A stretch of 62,422 nt of DNA, the filler included, from Candidatus Babelota bacterium (GTDB taxonomy: Bacteria; JAGOBX01): assembly GCA_017999075.1 (NCBI GenBank). It is 8 parts of 8 records of this genome, joined end to end, with 100 filler letters (N's around TTAATTAATTAA, not from the genome) between each part and the next. Parts side by side here need not be neighbours in the genome. Positions count along the whole stretch, not along the records: positions 46,741 to 51,902 come from JAGOBX010000293.1; positions 52,003 to 57,163 come from JAGOBX010000294.1; positions 57,264 to 62,422 come from JAGOBX010000295.1; 5 more parts are not named here. One strand, written 5' to 3'. The notes below the pieces were generated by a model that was not told the DNA's origin, made no database searches, and saw nothing but the letters and a program-made list of their open reading frames with translations. The position numbers were made by a program, and so were the translations under genes. This document shows, piece after piece, positions 49,425 to 59,881 of the stretch. Every line of letters begins with the position of its first letter. Position 1 is the stretch's first letter.

Positions 49425-50999
49425 TTATTCTCTTGAAATTGCATCAAGCGGGCTAATTTTCCTTGCAACAATAACAGGATAAATCATTGCAGCGCAGGTT
49501 GCTATCATTAACTGAATTATGACTATAAGTATGTCGCCTGAATCCAGAAGCGGCCTAAAAGTATCCCCGCCGTATAATAATTGCAAAAAATCATTTGAAG
49601 TTGTTATATTCTGCAATGTTATAATTTTAGTTGTAATTATTCCACATAATATTCCCATTCCGCCGAATATAATCGATAAAATTGCTGTTTCAAAAATAAA
49701 CATTCCAGATATGAATTTTTTTGTAGCTCCTACTGCACGCATCATGCCTATTTCAGAGGTTCTTTCCAAAGCAGTCATACTCAACGTGTTCATAATAATT
49801 ATTATTGCCACTAAAAATAAAATCATAACAAAACCAAACAAAGCCGCCCTTATAATACCAGCAATATCAGCTATTTGACCTACTGCTTTTTTCCATGAAA
49901 TAACTCTGCATTTCAATTTTAATTTTTTAATTTCAGAAGACAATTGATTCAAAGCTTTATTTATATTTATTCCGTTTTTCAATTTTATGAATACAATATT
50001 ATACGATCCTGAATCAAGTTGAAAAGTATCAGATTTATTTTTTCCTGAATCAGCAATAAAATTCTGACTGATATTTTTGTTAATTATTTCTGAATCAGCA
50101 TTATACTCTTTATCATTACCCGAGATCAATGTTTCATCTTCTATCTCATTCATATTTCCGCCGAATAAAGATTCAAGATTTGTTTCATCAATATTTAACA
50201 ACCTGTTTTCTCCTTTTGACAGTTCGATTTGCTTATCTTTAGAAGTCACCCAACCGAAACATTCTCTGAATGATTCTATATCACAAAAATTTATATGACC
50301 CCAAATATTGTTCAAAGAAGAAAATTTTATGATACTTTTTATTTTAGTTCTTATATCAAGTGCAGAATTTTTTTCATTGAATCCCATAAAAATAAGTTCA
50401 TTTTTAGTATTAAGCGTTTTCAAATTTAACTTTGCGTCATCACTAAGATTCGACTCAATAATTTTCAAATTTTCAGGTAAACACCAATAATTGTAATAAT
50501 CATAAAACTCTTCTCTCTGTTTGGTGGTTATCAATACTCCTTTCTCATTTTGTTTAAGTAAAGTTCCTTCTATACATTGAATATTGTTATTAAACATCTG
50601 CTGGTATTTTTCAAAGTCAACACCCATTATCAAAGTATATCCCGGTTCTCCGTCTTCATTAAAAAGCATTACAAATTCTCTTCCTGCAGGCATATATTTA
50701 TCTATAATGCTATTGCCTTCAAGCATTTTTTTTATATTTTGATATTCTTCTATAACTTCAACAGATTTTCCCATCGGCGAAAAAATCACATTATCTTCCT
50801 TCTGCTCATCAGATATTAAAACAATATGTCCGGTAAACTTTTCTACAATACTATTCTGAAGACCATTATCCATACCTGAAATAACTCCATTTCCGACAGT
50901 CATCAAAAATGAACCGAGAAACAATATTATTCCGATAACAAAACTTTTACCTCTATGTTTTAAAATATTTCTCCAAGCTATCTTTAACAGTAAACTCAT
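49425..50999 (-). CDS. ABC transporter permease, FtsX/LolCE family
   Basis: IAWRNILKH, ERTSEIGMMRAVGA, ARKISPLDAI. Confidence 0.9.
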   Translation of the reverse strand: MSLLLKIAWRNILKHRGKSFVIGIILFLGSFLMTVGNGVISGMDNGLQNSIVEKFTGHIVLISDEQKEDNVIFSPMGKSVEVIEEYQNIKKMLEGNSIIDKYMPAGREFVMLFNEDGEPGYTLIMGVDFEKYQQMFNNNIQCIEGTLLKQNEKGVLITTKQREEFYDYYNYWCLPENLKIIESNLSDDAKLNLKTLNTKNELIFMGFNEKNSALDIRTKIKSIIKFSSLNNIWGHINFCDIESFRECFGWVTSKDKQIELSKGENRLLNIDETNLESLFGGNMNEIEDETLISGNDKEYNADSEIINKNISQNFIADSGKNKSDTFQLDSGSYNIVFIKLKNGININKALNQLSSEIKKLKLKCRVISWKKAVGQIADIAGIIRAALFGFVMILFLVAIIIIMNTLSMTALERTSEIGMMRAVGATKKFISGMFIFETAILSIIFGGMGILCGIITTKIITLQNITTSNDFLQLLYGGDTFRPLLDSGDILIVIIQLMIATCAAMIYPVIVARKISPLDAISRE

Positions 51000-51023
51000 C
51001 TAATCTCCTAAAAATAAAAAAAA

Positions 51024-51698
51024 TTATTCAGAAATTTTACCATCAGTCAAACGCACTATATGTTTGGCATATTTTAAAACTCTCTGATCATGAGTCGAAA
51101 ATATAAATGTTGTTTTTTCTTTTTCATTTAAGCATTTCATAAGTTCTAATATTGACTCTCCTGTTTCGGAATCAAGATTAGCAGTAGGTTCATCGGCTAA
51201 AACAATATCAGGAGTTGTGGCAAGAGATCTGGCTATAGCAACACGTTGACGCTGACCTCCTGAAAGCTCTGCCGGTCTATGTTTAATAAATTCTTTTATT
51301 CCTACAGCTTCTATAAACTTCTCAGCTCGATCTTTAATATCATTTTTAGATAAATTTTTCATTAATAATAAAGGAAATTCAACATTTTCAAGAACATTTA
51401 ATACAGGTATAAGATTAAATGTCTGAAAAATAAATCCGATTTTAAATAATCTTAATTTTGTCAATTCTTTGTCTGTTAATGAAGTAATGTCTTTCCCGTC
51501 AATTTTAACTGTCCCTGATGTAGGCGAATCTATGCATCCTATAATGTTAAGCATTGTAGTTTTACCGCTTCCTGATGCTCCTACTATAGACAAAAAATCA
51601 CCGCGTTCAACAAAAAAATCTATTCCACGCAGAGCTTTAACGATTGTTTTTCCTAATGGATAATTTTTAGTTACACTGTTCATTTCTATTAAAGCCAT
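51024..51698 (-). CDS. ABC transporter ATP-binding protein, LolD/MacB type
   Basis: GASGSGKTT, LSGGQRQRVAIAR, LADEPTANLD, STHD. Confidence 0.95.
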   Translation of the reverse strand: MALIEMNSVTKNYPLGKTIVKALRGIDFFVERGDFLSIVGASGSGKTTMLNIIGCIDSPTSGTVKIDGKDITSLTDKELTKLRLFKIGFIFQTFNLIPVLNVLENVEFPLLLMKNLSKNDIKDRAEKFIEAVGIKEFIKHRPAELSGGQRQRVAIARSLATTPDIVLADEPTANLDSETGESILELMKCLNEKEKTTFIFSTHDQRVLKYAKHIVRLTDGKISE

Positions 51699-51710
51699 TT
51701 TTTAATACTC

Positions 51711-51902
51711 CTAAATTTTATTGTTTTTAAAAACATCCGAAATAATATTCTTAATTATCTTCCAATAAATTGAAGGTGAATATATAATATTAAACGGTAT
51801 AGGATTCTCCCAAAAACAACAGCACTCTTTACGGATAATTTTATCCCTAATTTTTTTTACATTTTCATTGCTCAAAACTTTTAAGATATCATAATCATAA
51901 TC
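51711..51902 (-). CDS. C-terminal fragment of a probable radical SAM/SPASM-twitch protein (absent from ORF track)
   Basis: Open frame DYDYDILKVLSNENVKKIRDKIIRKECCCFWENPIPFNIIYSP...NNKI*. Confidence 0.5.
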   Translation of the reverse strand, partial: DYDYDILKVLSNENVKKIRDKIIRKECCCFWENPIPFNIIYSPSIYWKIIKNIISDVFKNNKI

Positions 51903-52002
51903 NNNNNNNNNNNNNNNNNNNNNNNNNNNNNNNNNNNNNNNNNNNNTTAATTAATTAANNNNNNNNNNNNNNNNNNNNNNNNNNNNNNNNNNNNNNNNNN
52001 NN
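51903..52002. other. Artificial contig linker
   Basis: 44 N + TTAATTAATTAA + 44 N. Confidence 0.98.
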
Positions 52003-52019
52003 TGCCAGTACCGCTATTC

Positions 52020-52043
52020 AGGGCGTAGAGTTTACGCCCTTTT
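52020..52043 (+). terminator. Intrinsic terminator of an upstream (missing) gene
   Basis: AGGGCGTA-GAGTT-TACGCCCT-TTT. Confidence 0.65.
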
Positions 52044-52082
52044 CAATTTAATATTTCGGTTGGCGTAAAAAAGGTTGATTTT

Positions 52083-53501
52083 ATGCTCGGAAAAATGATA
52101 AAAAATATTATTCTATTCATAATTCTATTTTTATCTTTCTATATATCCAATTCATCAGCTACTGCAATAAATGAAATAGCGCCTGATTTTAACGCGCAAA
52201 TGTTGAATGGCGAAAAAGTTAATTTGTATGACGATATTATAGGTTATGATTATAATAATCGGCCTATTGTAATTTTAAGTTTTTTCAATACAGCCTGTGT
52301 GCCGTGTGAAAAAGAGATTAAAGAGCTATCGAAAATCCGTAAAGAATACTCTGATGATTTTGTAAAAATTTATCTTGTTTCACTTGATAATAACAAAGAA
52401 TCAGTAAATAAACATCTGACTGAAAAATTGAAAGTTACGAATATTCCAGTGATTTTTGACAAAGAAGGATTGCGCGTAGGACAAGTATATGGTGTAGTTG
52501 ATGAACTGACAGGATTCACAAAAGTGCCAGAGCTTTTTATTATCGACAAAAACATTAAAATTCGAAATAAATTTACAGGAGCTGAATTAAGCGGCAATAT
52601 TAAAAAAAAAATGTCTGATATATTAGATATCTATATTAAAGAATCAGTCAATAAAATCAACCCTCCTGATAATCTTATAACAATAATATACACTAACAGT
52701 TTGAATGCGAATATTCAATCCTGTGATTGCGATATAAGTCCTTTTGGCGGACTTGACCGCAGAATGACAGTTTTCAACAAAGAACGGCAATTTAATCCGA
52801 ATATTTTATTGCTCGACACAGGCGATAATCTTCCTGTAACAAAAAATAAACTTAAATCAGATTTAATATTGAAAGTATTGGCTGATATGAAATACAGCGC
52901 TGTTATTCCTGGTGATCAGGAATTTATCTTTGACGCTGATTATCTTGCAGAAAAAATAGTTGACTTGAAACTGCCTATAGTATTATCCAATTTGACATAC
53001 TGCGATTCTGCTGCCTGCTATGAATTCGGCAAACAATCAAAGATAATAGAAATAGGTAAATATAAAATCGGAATACTCGGTTATATTGATGAAAGCGCTT
53101 TTTTCTTTGCTGAAACTGATATTAAAACAAAATTACAAATAGAGAGTATAGATAAAATTGAGATTTCAGCTAAAGAACTTAAAACCGAATGCGACTTGGT
53201 TATTCTTTTGTCACATTCAGGATTTTCTAACGATAAACTCATTGCTGAAAAAATCAATGATATTGATATTATTATTGGAGGACATTCGCAGACATTACTT
53301 AGTGAACCATGCAAAATTAATAATACATACATTCTACAGGCAGGCAAAGATGGATATAATGTCGGCAGATTTGATGTGTTTATGAATTCAGATAAAAAAA
53401 TCGAGAAAACAAAGAACAAAATGCGGCTACTTACAGATTCTATAAAACCAGACAGCAAAATTCTGAAAATGATTGAATATTATGAGAAAGCAATTAAATA
53501 A
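52083..53501 (+). CDS. Secreted TlpA/redoxin domain fused to an UshA-like metallophosphoesterase N-terminal domain
   Basis: APDF...SFFNTACVPCEKEI...VPELFIID; then IIYTNS...SCDC...GGLDRR, LLDTGD, PGDQEF, ILLSH, IIIGGH. Confidence 0.8.
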   Translation: MLGKMIKNIILFIILFLSFYISNSSATAINEIAPDFNAQMLNGEKVNLYDDIIGYDYNNRPIVILSFFNTACVPCEKEIKELSKIRKEYSDDFVKIYLVSLDNNKESVNKHLTEKLKVTNIPVIFDKEGLRVGQVYGVVDELTGFTKVPELFIIDKNIKIRNKFTGAELSGNIKKKMSDILDIYIKESVNKINPPDNLITIIYTNSLNANIQSCDCDISPFGGLDRRMTVFNKERQFNPNILLLDTGDNLPVTKNKLKSDLILKVLADMKYSAVIPGDQEFIFDADYLAEKIVDLKLPIVLSNLTYCDSAACYEFGKQSKIIEIGKYKIGILGYIDESAFFFAETDIKTKLQIESIDKIEISAKELKTECDLVILLSHSGFSNDKLIAEKINDIDIIIGGHSQTLLSEPCKINNTYILQAGKDGYNVGRFDVFMNSDKKIEKTKNKMRLLTDSIKPDSKILKMIEYYEKAIK

Positions 53502-53523
53502 TTAGCGGATTTACGGATTATAA

Positions 53524-54534
53524 ATGAAAGTAAAGATTAATAAAATACTTTTAATATTTATTGTTTTACTGTTAGGATGCGCATCAAATAAAAAATCAAT
53601 TTATAAACAAACTGATTCAAATCTGCTATGGTCTTCAGAAAAAAAAAGACCTGACTGGGTTTTAAATGAATATCCTGCGGATAAGGAATATTTGTATTTT
53701 GTAGGAATATCAGATAAATGCATTTCAGAAAAAGACGGACGCGATGCCGCTTTAAAACATTCAATCAAACAGTTTTCAAATTATATAGGAACAAGCGTAA
53801 AAAATAAATATTCAGAAATTATTACACGCTATAATCTTTCATCCGAAATTTCTAATCCTAATGTAACATCAATTGAAATTACAGATATGGTTTCTGAATC
53901 TATAGCCCGTAAACTTAAACCGCTTAAATGGTATATTGAAAAATATCAGGACAAAAGCGGACTGATTTATTTTATGACATATTCGCTTGCAGCGATACCA
54001 AAATCAGAAGCAGACCGTGAACTCGACCGGTTGGACGAAATTACATATAGTGAAATTTATAAAAATGTTTTTGAACTTAATATTAAATCTTTAAATACCG
54101 ATGGGACGCAGGAAAATTCAGCGCAAAATAAAATAGGACAGATTTTATCTGAACGCGGAATAAAAATATCATTTAATTCATCTGCGGCTGATTTCAGTTC
54201 AACTGATATTGATTCAATAATGAACGGAAACTTAAGCGCATTAAACAAAATTCAATTTAAAGTTAAAGCAAAGTATATTATTACCGGCAGTGCGCAAACG
54301 GAATTTTCAGGACATTATATTAATGAGGAAAGCGGGCTTGTTGTTTGCAGAGCGTCAGGACTGATTAAAATTATTGATATTTATTCTGGAACTGAACTTT
54401 TACGACTCGTAGTCGATGATAAAGAATTAAAAGGTATTGCAAAAGATAAACTAAGAGCGGGTAAAATCGCGTTGGATTTATTCGGGCAGAAAACAGGTGA
54501 ACGGATAGCGGAATTTCTGGAAACGCGGCGATAA
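53524..54534 (+). CDS. Lipoprotein with LPP20-like N-terminal region and alpha/beta C-terminal domain
   Basis: Lipobox LLGC; RPDWV...YFVGIS; AKYIITGSA...IIDIYSGTEL. Confidence 0.65.
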   Translation: MKVKINKILLIFIVLLLGCASNKKSIYKQTDSNLLWSSEKKRPDWVLNEYPADKEYLYFVGISDKCISEKDGRDAALKHSIKQFSNYIGTSVKNKYSEIITRYNLSSEISNPNVTSIEITDMVSESIARKLKPLKWYIEKYQDKSGLIYFMTYSLAAIPKSEADRELDRLDEITYSEIYKNVFELNIKSLNTDGTQENSAQNKIGQILSERGIKISFNSSAADFSSTDIDSIMNGNLSALNKIQFKVKAKYIITGSAQTEFSGHYINEESGLVVCRASGLIKIIDIYSGTELLRLVVDDKELKGIAKDKLRAGKIALDLFGQKTGERIAEFLETRR

Positions 54535-54602
54535 TAAAAACGATAAAAAATATAATTTTGGTTAGAAAGATAATTTTAATAGATTTATTTTAAGGTGCAT
54601 TA

Positions 54603-57163
54603 ATGAAATTTGAAAAAATAATATTTTTTGTTTTGTTTGTGTTTATGTTTTTTTCTTGCGGGCAGAATGATAAAAATAATAATATTGATAATGTTGAAAC
54701 TGGCGGAATTTCACTCTCGCTTGTTTGGGATACCGGCGATTCCAATAACCAATCGCAAAATGCGCCCGCCGAAAAAAACAGTATAAAATATGCCGCGCCT
54801 GCGGGTGTGGTAACTATTCGCGTTACGATTTCAGGAACAGGGATGAATGACATTTCGCAATCTTTTGCAGCATCTGCGGGTAGCGGAACTATAACTGGCG
54901 TCCCTGTCGGAAGCAATAGGACAGCAAAAATTGAGGGATATGATGCATCAAATAATGTTATTTACTACGCTTATAAAACCAATATTACGGTTCAGCAAAA
55001 TTTGACTACAAATGCCGGAACAGTTACTATGATTTCAGCTACAAAACCGTATATTGATCATACTGCGGTCGGCACTTCTTCAAAAGATAATGCAATTACT
55101 ATAACTGCGTTAGTTAACGATTACACAAATGTAAATTCAGTCACATTATACTATAAAAAAAATTCGGATGCTAATTATACAAGTGTTTCAATGAAAAAAA
55201 CATCAGGTGATTATTATTCAGAAGTTATACCAGCAAATATTGTAACTGAAAATGTAACATATTATATTTCGGCGTATAATGGAATAAATTATATTTATTG
55301 TGGAAGTTCAGGAATTAGTAACTCGAATCCTTCGTCTAATCCTATAACAGTAACAATTTTAACCACTTCTCGAATTTTATTTGACAATTTCCCCAATTCT
55401 GTTCTTAATTCAAGCATTTGGAATACTGCGAGTTCAGGAATTTTAAATAATTTTTATTTTTATTCAAGCCAGTATTCTTATCGTTTAAACCAGACAAATG
55501 CTCTTATTTCCAATTCAGTGAATTTGAATCAGAATGACGGAACGCTTTATCTTGATTTTTATTACAGACCTTATAACGGCGTTTCTACGGACAAGCTTTA
55601 CGCAAAGTTTTATGATTCTAACGGTGTGTGGCAGACGCTTACTTCATTGACAGCTGGTGATTCGTCATACTGGCGATTAGGGAGGGTAAATATACCTTAT
55701 TATAATCTACATTCAAATTTCAAATTAAAACTGGAATCCAGCACTGCGTATCCAAATTACTATTTTTTTGTTGATGATATTTTGCTTAAACGCTTGTATC
55801 CTTTGATTACTCATTCGGCTGTTGACAATGTAAAATCTGGTGCAACAGCAAATATATCGGCAAATATAGCTTCGGAAAATTCAATCAGTTCAGTAAAATT
55901 ATTTTATAAAAAAAGTAATTCAAACGCTTATTCTGATACTGATATGCTTAAAACAAGCGGAACCACATATCAGGCAAATCTTCCGTCATCATATTTAACT
56001 ACAGGAATTGACTATTTTATTCAGGCAACAGATAATAATATTACATCATATTATGATAACAAAGGATTGAATGTTTCGGGTTTCTATCCGATGACAATAA
56101 AATTAAATCTTCTTGATGATTCATTTTATTCAACTCAATGGAATTCTATTTGGTATGATAAAAGCAGTTCTGAAATTACAAGTAATGATTACATAACATC
56201 ACCATATAGTATGAGATTAAAATATGTGGATTATATTTATACCAATGCAATGAATCTTTCTTCGAGCTCAGACAACTTAACACTGAGTTTTTATTATAAA
56301 GGAAGCGGAACAACTTCAACTGACAAGCTTTATGTTAAATACTACGATTCAAATTCCACCTGGCAAATGCTTTCTGACACAATTGTCGGAACGCCTTTTT
56401 CAAGCTGGTTATATCAGACAATATTTATTCCTACTGTATACCTCCATTCGAATTTTAAATTGCGGTTTGAGGCAGCGACAAGTTCAACATCAAAATATTT
56501 TTATATTGATAATATTCAGTTGAAAACTACTGTTGAAGATGCTATGTATACTATTTCAACTCCAATGCCTGCGCCTGGTTCAACAATTACACGCGGCACA
56601 AGCGGTCAATCATTGATGATAAAATGTCCAGGAGCTACAGGAGGCACTTTTTATTATGATGTTGATAATAATTTAAGTTATAATGTCGCTGGAACAATGG
56701 ACAGCGATTTTTTGAAAGTTAATGTTCCGTATGGTTCAGTAATGACAAACAGCGGTTATAACAACTGGTATGTTAAAGTAAATTATCCTGACGGCAGGCA
56801 AATCACATATCCTGAAAAAGCATCGAATACAAAGGGTTTTCTGCAGTTTAATGTTACATCCACGCAAATTGTTTCTAATCCGTATCCCGCGCAGGGTTCA
56901 CTTATTAAAACTACAAGTTTGTTTCAGACTTTTAGAGTGCATTGTCCAGGGGCAAGTTATGCTCGTTTTTATTATTCGACATATTCATCATTTTATTATT
57001 ACGGCAACACATCTTATATTACTCCTACAGGCGAGTATATTGAGTGTGCTGTGCCATATTCAAACAGTTATATTACAAATAATGGAATTAACTATTGGTA
57101 TGCTCAAATATATTATCCCAATAACTCCAGTATAAGATTTCCTGCATCTATGTATGTTCAATT
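54603..57163 (+). CDS. Large beta-rich surface lipoprotein with duplicated modules, 3'-truncated
   Basis: Lipobox FFSC; IxHxAV...LYYKK, TDKLYxKxYDSN...HSNFKL and PxPAxGSxI...CPGA modules each present twice. Confidence 0.8.
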
Positions 57164-57263
57164 NNNNNNNNNNNNNNNNNNNNNNNNNNNNNNNNNNNNN
57201 NNNNNNNTTAATTAATTAANNNNNNNNNNNNNNNNNNNNNNNNNNNNNNNNNNNNNNNNNNNN
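57164..57263. other. Artificial contig linker
   Basis: 44 N + TTAATTAATTAA + 44 N. Confidence 0.98.
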
Positions 57264-57452
57264 TTCTTTCCCAATAAATCCACATAAAATTACCTCTCAA
57301 TCATTTAACCAGTATTAAGCATTAGCAAAATCTTGGTTTCTGAAGTTTTCGAAATTTCACATAAAAAACAATAGAAAACTTCTAAAAATCCGAACGTATA
57401 GTTCGGATTCAATTACTTATTGACATTTAACCCAATAATTTATCAAAAAAAT

Positions 57453-57786
57453 TTATTTACATTTCAAACACGCTTTTTGCTTTTTTATAGAAGCTTCAAT
57501 AACGCCATCTATACAATCTAAAAATTTCATCACGCATTTTGTCTTAAAGTTTATATAATCCATCAGAATCCATTTTTGTGCTCATACAATTCACGCATTT
57601 TTCAAAACAAGCAAGTGTTTTGATATTATAGATTTCTCACAATCTACAATCAAACAGAGTGAATAACTCTGAAAACAATTGGTCTTTCTCATTAAATTTA
57701 AACACTTCAATTATAATGCACCGCGCCGGATGCGCCATTGTTTTGATTATCTCGTTTCTTACTTTGGCTGATTCATATTTATTCAT
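57453..57786 (-). pseudogene. ArsR/SmtB-family repressor pseudogene (absent from ORF track)
   Basis: MNKYESAKVRNEIIKTMAHPARCIII...FSELFTLFDC, a 7-bp duplication, then EKSIISKHLLVLKNA*IV*AQK...KTKCVMKFLDCIDGVIEASIKKQKACLKCK*. Confidence 0.8.
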
Positions 57787-57824
57787 TTTTTACCTTAACC
57801 GTAAATAATAAACCATTTTATTGT

Positions 57825-57858
57825 TGGCAATTTTACCATTGATTTATAATTTTGTCAA
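57825..57858 (-). promoter_or_regulatory. Sigma70 promoter with overlapping palindrome (likely ArsR operator)
   Basis: Minus strand TTGACA-17nt-TAAAAT; imperfect palindrome TGGTAAAATTGCCA over the -10 element. Confidence 0.6.
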
Positions 57859-58014
57859 GAATTTTTTCTGGTATATTTTTAATAATTTAGATTTTTGATG
57901 TTATTCTTTACCGAAAACAAGTTATATAACAGAAATGTTTCCAAATGGCAGTTCTGCCATTGTGGCAGTTCTGGCATTTTTTGCGAATTTTATATCTGGA
58001 ATATAAAAAAAATA

Positions 58015-58043
58015 TTGACAACATGAATTATTACAATTAATCT
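58015..58043 (+). promoter_or_regulatory. Possible sigma70 promoter for the NCS2 operon
   Basis: TTGACA-17nt-TAATCT about 100 nt upstream of ATG 58142. Confidence 0.45.
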
Positions 58044-58141
58044 GAAAATACCTATTTTAAATTTTTAGATTAAAAATAAATTGTTAAATACGGTTATTAT
58101 TAAAATATTGCAATAATAAAAAAGTTAAGGAGTTATCGGTT

Positions 58142-59854
58142 ATGCCTAAAAAACCTATAAATCTTATATATGGAGTTGATGATAAACCACCTTTTTTTAC
58201 GCTTTTATTATTGGGAATTCAGCATACTTTTGTGTTTTTTATTTCGCTGATACTGCCTTTGATAATAATCAAAGAGCTTGGTGATTCAATAACTCCTGAG
58301 ATTGGCCGCAGTTTTTTAAGTTTATCTTTGATTGCCGGAGGAATCGTTACCATTTTACAGGCAATGCGGGGCAGAATAGGATCAGGTTATTTGTGTTCCG
58401 GGCTTTGCGGACCTTCATATTTAGATTCTTCAAAACAGGCTGCTGCAGCCGGAGGATTGCCTTTGATTTTCGGCATGACAATGATAGCAGGATTGTTTGA
58501 AACATTTTTTTCCAGAATAATGCATAAATTCAAATATCTTTTTCCTACTGAAGTAACCGGAGTAATAGTTACTATGGTAGGTATTGTGGTTATCCCTATT
58601 TCAATAAAAAATTTTTTTGGTGTTACAGATAATAATATTAATATTGATCCTGCCTCAGTAAAAGTTTCTGTAATTACATTACTGGTAATGGCTGCACTGA
58701 GTGTATTTGGAAAGGGTAAAATTAAATTGTTTGGCGCATTGATAGGTATGATAACAGGTTATGCTGCAGCATACTATTTCGGAATATTGACAAACACTCA
58801 TATTCGTTCAATAATTGAAACTGATTTTTTTGATATTCCTGCTGTAAGTCATATAAGATGGGCATTTGATTTTTCAATGATTATTCCGTTTTTTGTGGCA
58901 ACATTGTGTTCGACTTTTAAAACAGTGGGAGATATTGTTACATGTCAGAAAATTAATGATTCGGAATGGCGGAGAGCAGATATGAAATCGCTTTCAGGAG
59001 GGATCCTTGCTGATGGGTTTGGTGGAATTATTCCTGGAATAATAGGCGGTTTCGGTCAATCTACGTCTTCAACCAATATCGGATTATCAGTCGGCACAGC
59101 AGCAACAAGCAGATATATAGCTTTTGTACAAGGTGTTATTTTAATTTTACTCGCTTTTTTTTCTCAGCTTGCTCAGATTTTTTTGATAATGCCTGAACCT
59201 GTTATGGGCGCTACACTTATTTTTTCAGTTGCTTTTATGATAGTTTCAGGCATTCAGATTATAACCTCAAGAATGCTTGATACACGCAAAATTTTTATAA
59301 TAGGAATTTCAATAATTTTGGGATTGAGCGTGGATGCTGTTCCTGGAATATATAACGGAATACATTCTTGGATAAGACCTGTGTTCGGTTCGTCATTGTC
59401 GCTTGCTGCTGTTACAGCTATTTTTCTGAATATTATATTCAGAATAGGAATTTCAAAAGAAAAAAAAATAACTATTGAATCTGGTGAAGATAATTCTGAA
59501 AAAATATCGGAATTTACTGAAGAACAGGGGAAAATATGGGGCGCGCGTTATGAAGTTATTAGAAAATTATCGGTTTCTCTTCAGGAATTTTCAGATGTTT
59601 CTGATTTAATTGAATTAACGGATAATAAAATAAATATTGAAATCAGATATGATGAATTCAATATTGATGCGTATATTTATTACAAAGGAGAAAAATTTGA
59701 ACTGCCGGATAAAAAGCCTGACAAAGAAGAAATAAAAAAAGATTTATCAGCATCCCTTAGATTATCCGGATATTTTATAAAAAATTATGCAGACAACGCA
59801 TCTTTTTCAGAAAAGGACGGATATACTGTCTTACATTTGCATTTTGAACATTAA
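58142..59854 (+). CDS. NCS2 (xanthine/uracil) permease with ~130-aa soluble C-terminal extension
   Basis: YGVDDKPP...LLGIQH, LFPTEVTGVIV, GGILADG, SSTNIGL...TSR, MPEPVMGA; AAGGAG RBS. Confidence 0.9.
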   Translation: MPKKPINLIYGVDDKPPFFTLLLLGIQHTFVFFISLILPLIIIKELGDSITPEIGRSFLSLSLIAGGIVTILQAMRGRIGSGYLCSGLCGPSYLDSSKQAAAAGGLPLIFGMTMIAGLFETFFSRIMHKFKYLFPTEVTGVIVTMVGIVVIPISIKNFFGVTDNNINIDPASVKVSVITLLVMAALSVFGKGKIKLFGALIGMITGYAAAYYFGILTNTHIRSIIETDFFDIPAVSHIRWAFDFSMIIPFFVATLCSTFKTVGDIVTCQKINDSEWRRADMKSLSGGILADGFGGIIPGIIGGFGQSTSSTNIGLSVGTAATSRYIAFVQGVILILLAFFSQLAQIFLIMPEPVMGATLIFSVAFMIVSGIQIITSRMLDTRKIFIIGISIILGLSVDAVPGIYNGIHSWIRPVFGSSLSLAAVTAIFLNIIFRIGISKEKKITIESGEDNSEKISEFTEEQGKIWGARYEVIRKLSVSLQEFSDVSDLIELTDNKINIEIRYDEFNIDAYIYYKGEKFELPDKKPDKEEIKKDLSASLRLSGYFIKNYADNASFSEKDGYTVLHLHFEH

Positions 59855-59881
59855 CAATTATTTTTAAAATTTAAATTTGAT

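Noticed and set aside
52718-52730. Possible selenoprotein
   Set aside because: The motif is encoded TGT-GAT-TGC, with no in-frame TGA.
25526-57263. TTAATTAATTAA recurring about every 5.3 kb
   Set aside because: Always flanked by 44 N on each side; a six-frame-stop contig linker, not a biological repeat. The regular spacing reflects contigs of similar, decreasing length (5188 to 5159 bp).
57453-57786. In-frame TGA codons suggesting recoding (Gly, Trp or Sec)
   Set aside because: TGA terminates intact genes elsewhere in the window (ends at 40565, 41628, 61906) and this gene also has a frameshift, so pseudogenisation is the simpler explanation.
57972-57984. Sigma54-like TGGCA...TTGC
   Set aside because: Spacing is GG-N8-GC rather than the required GG-N10-GC.
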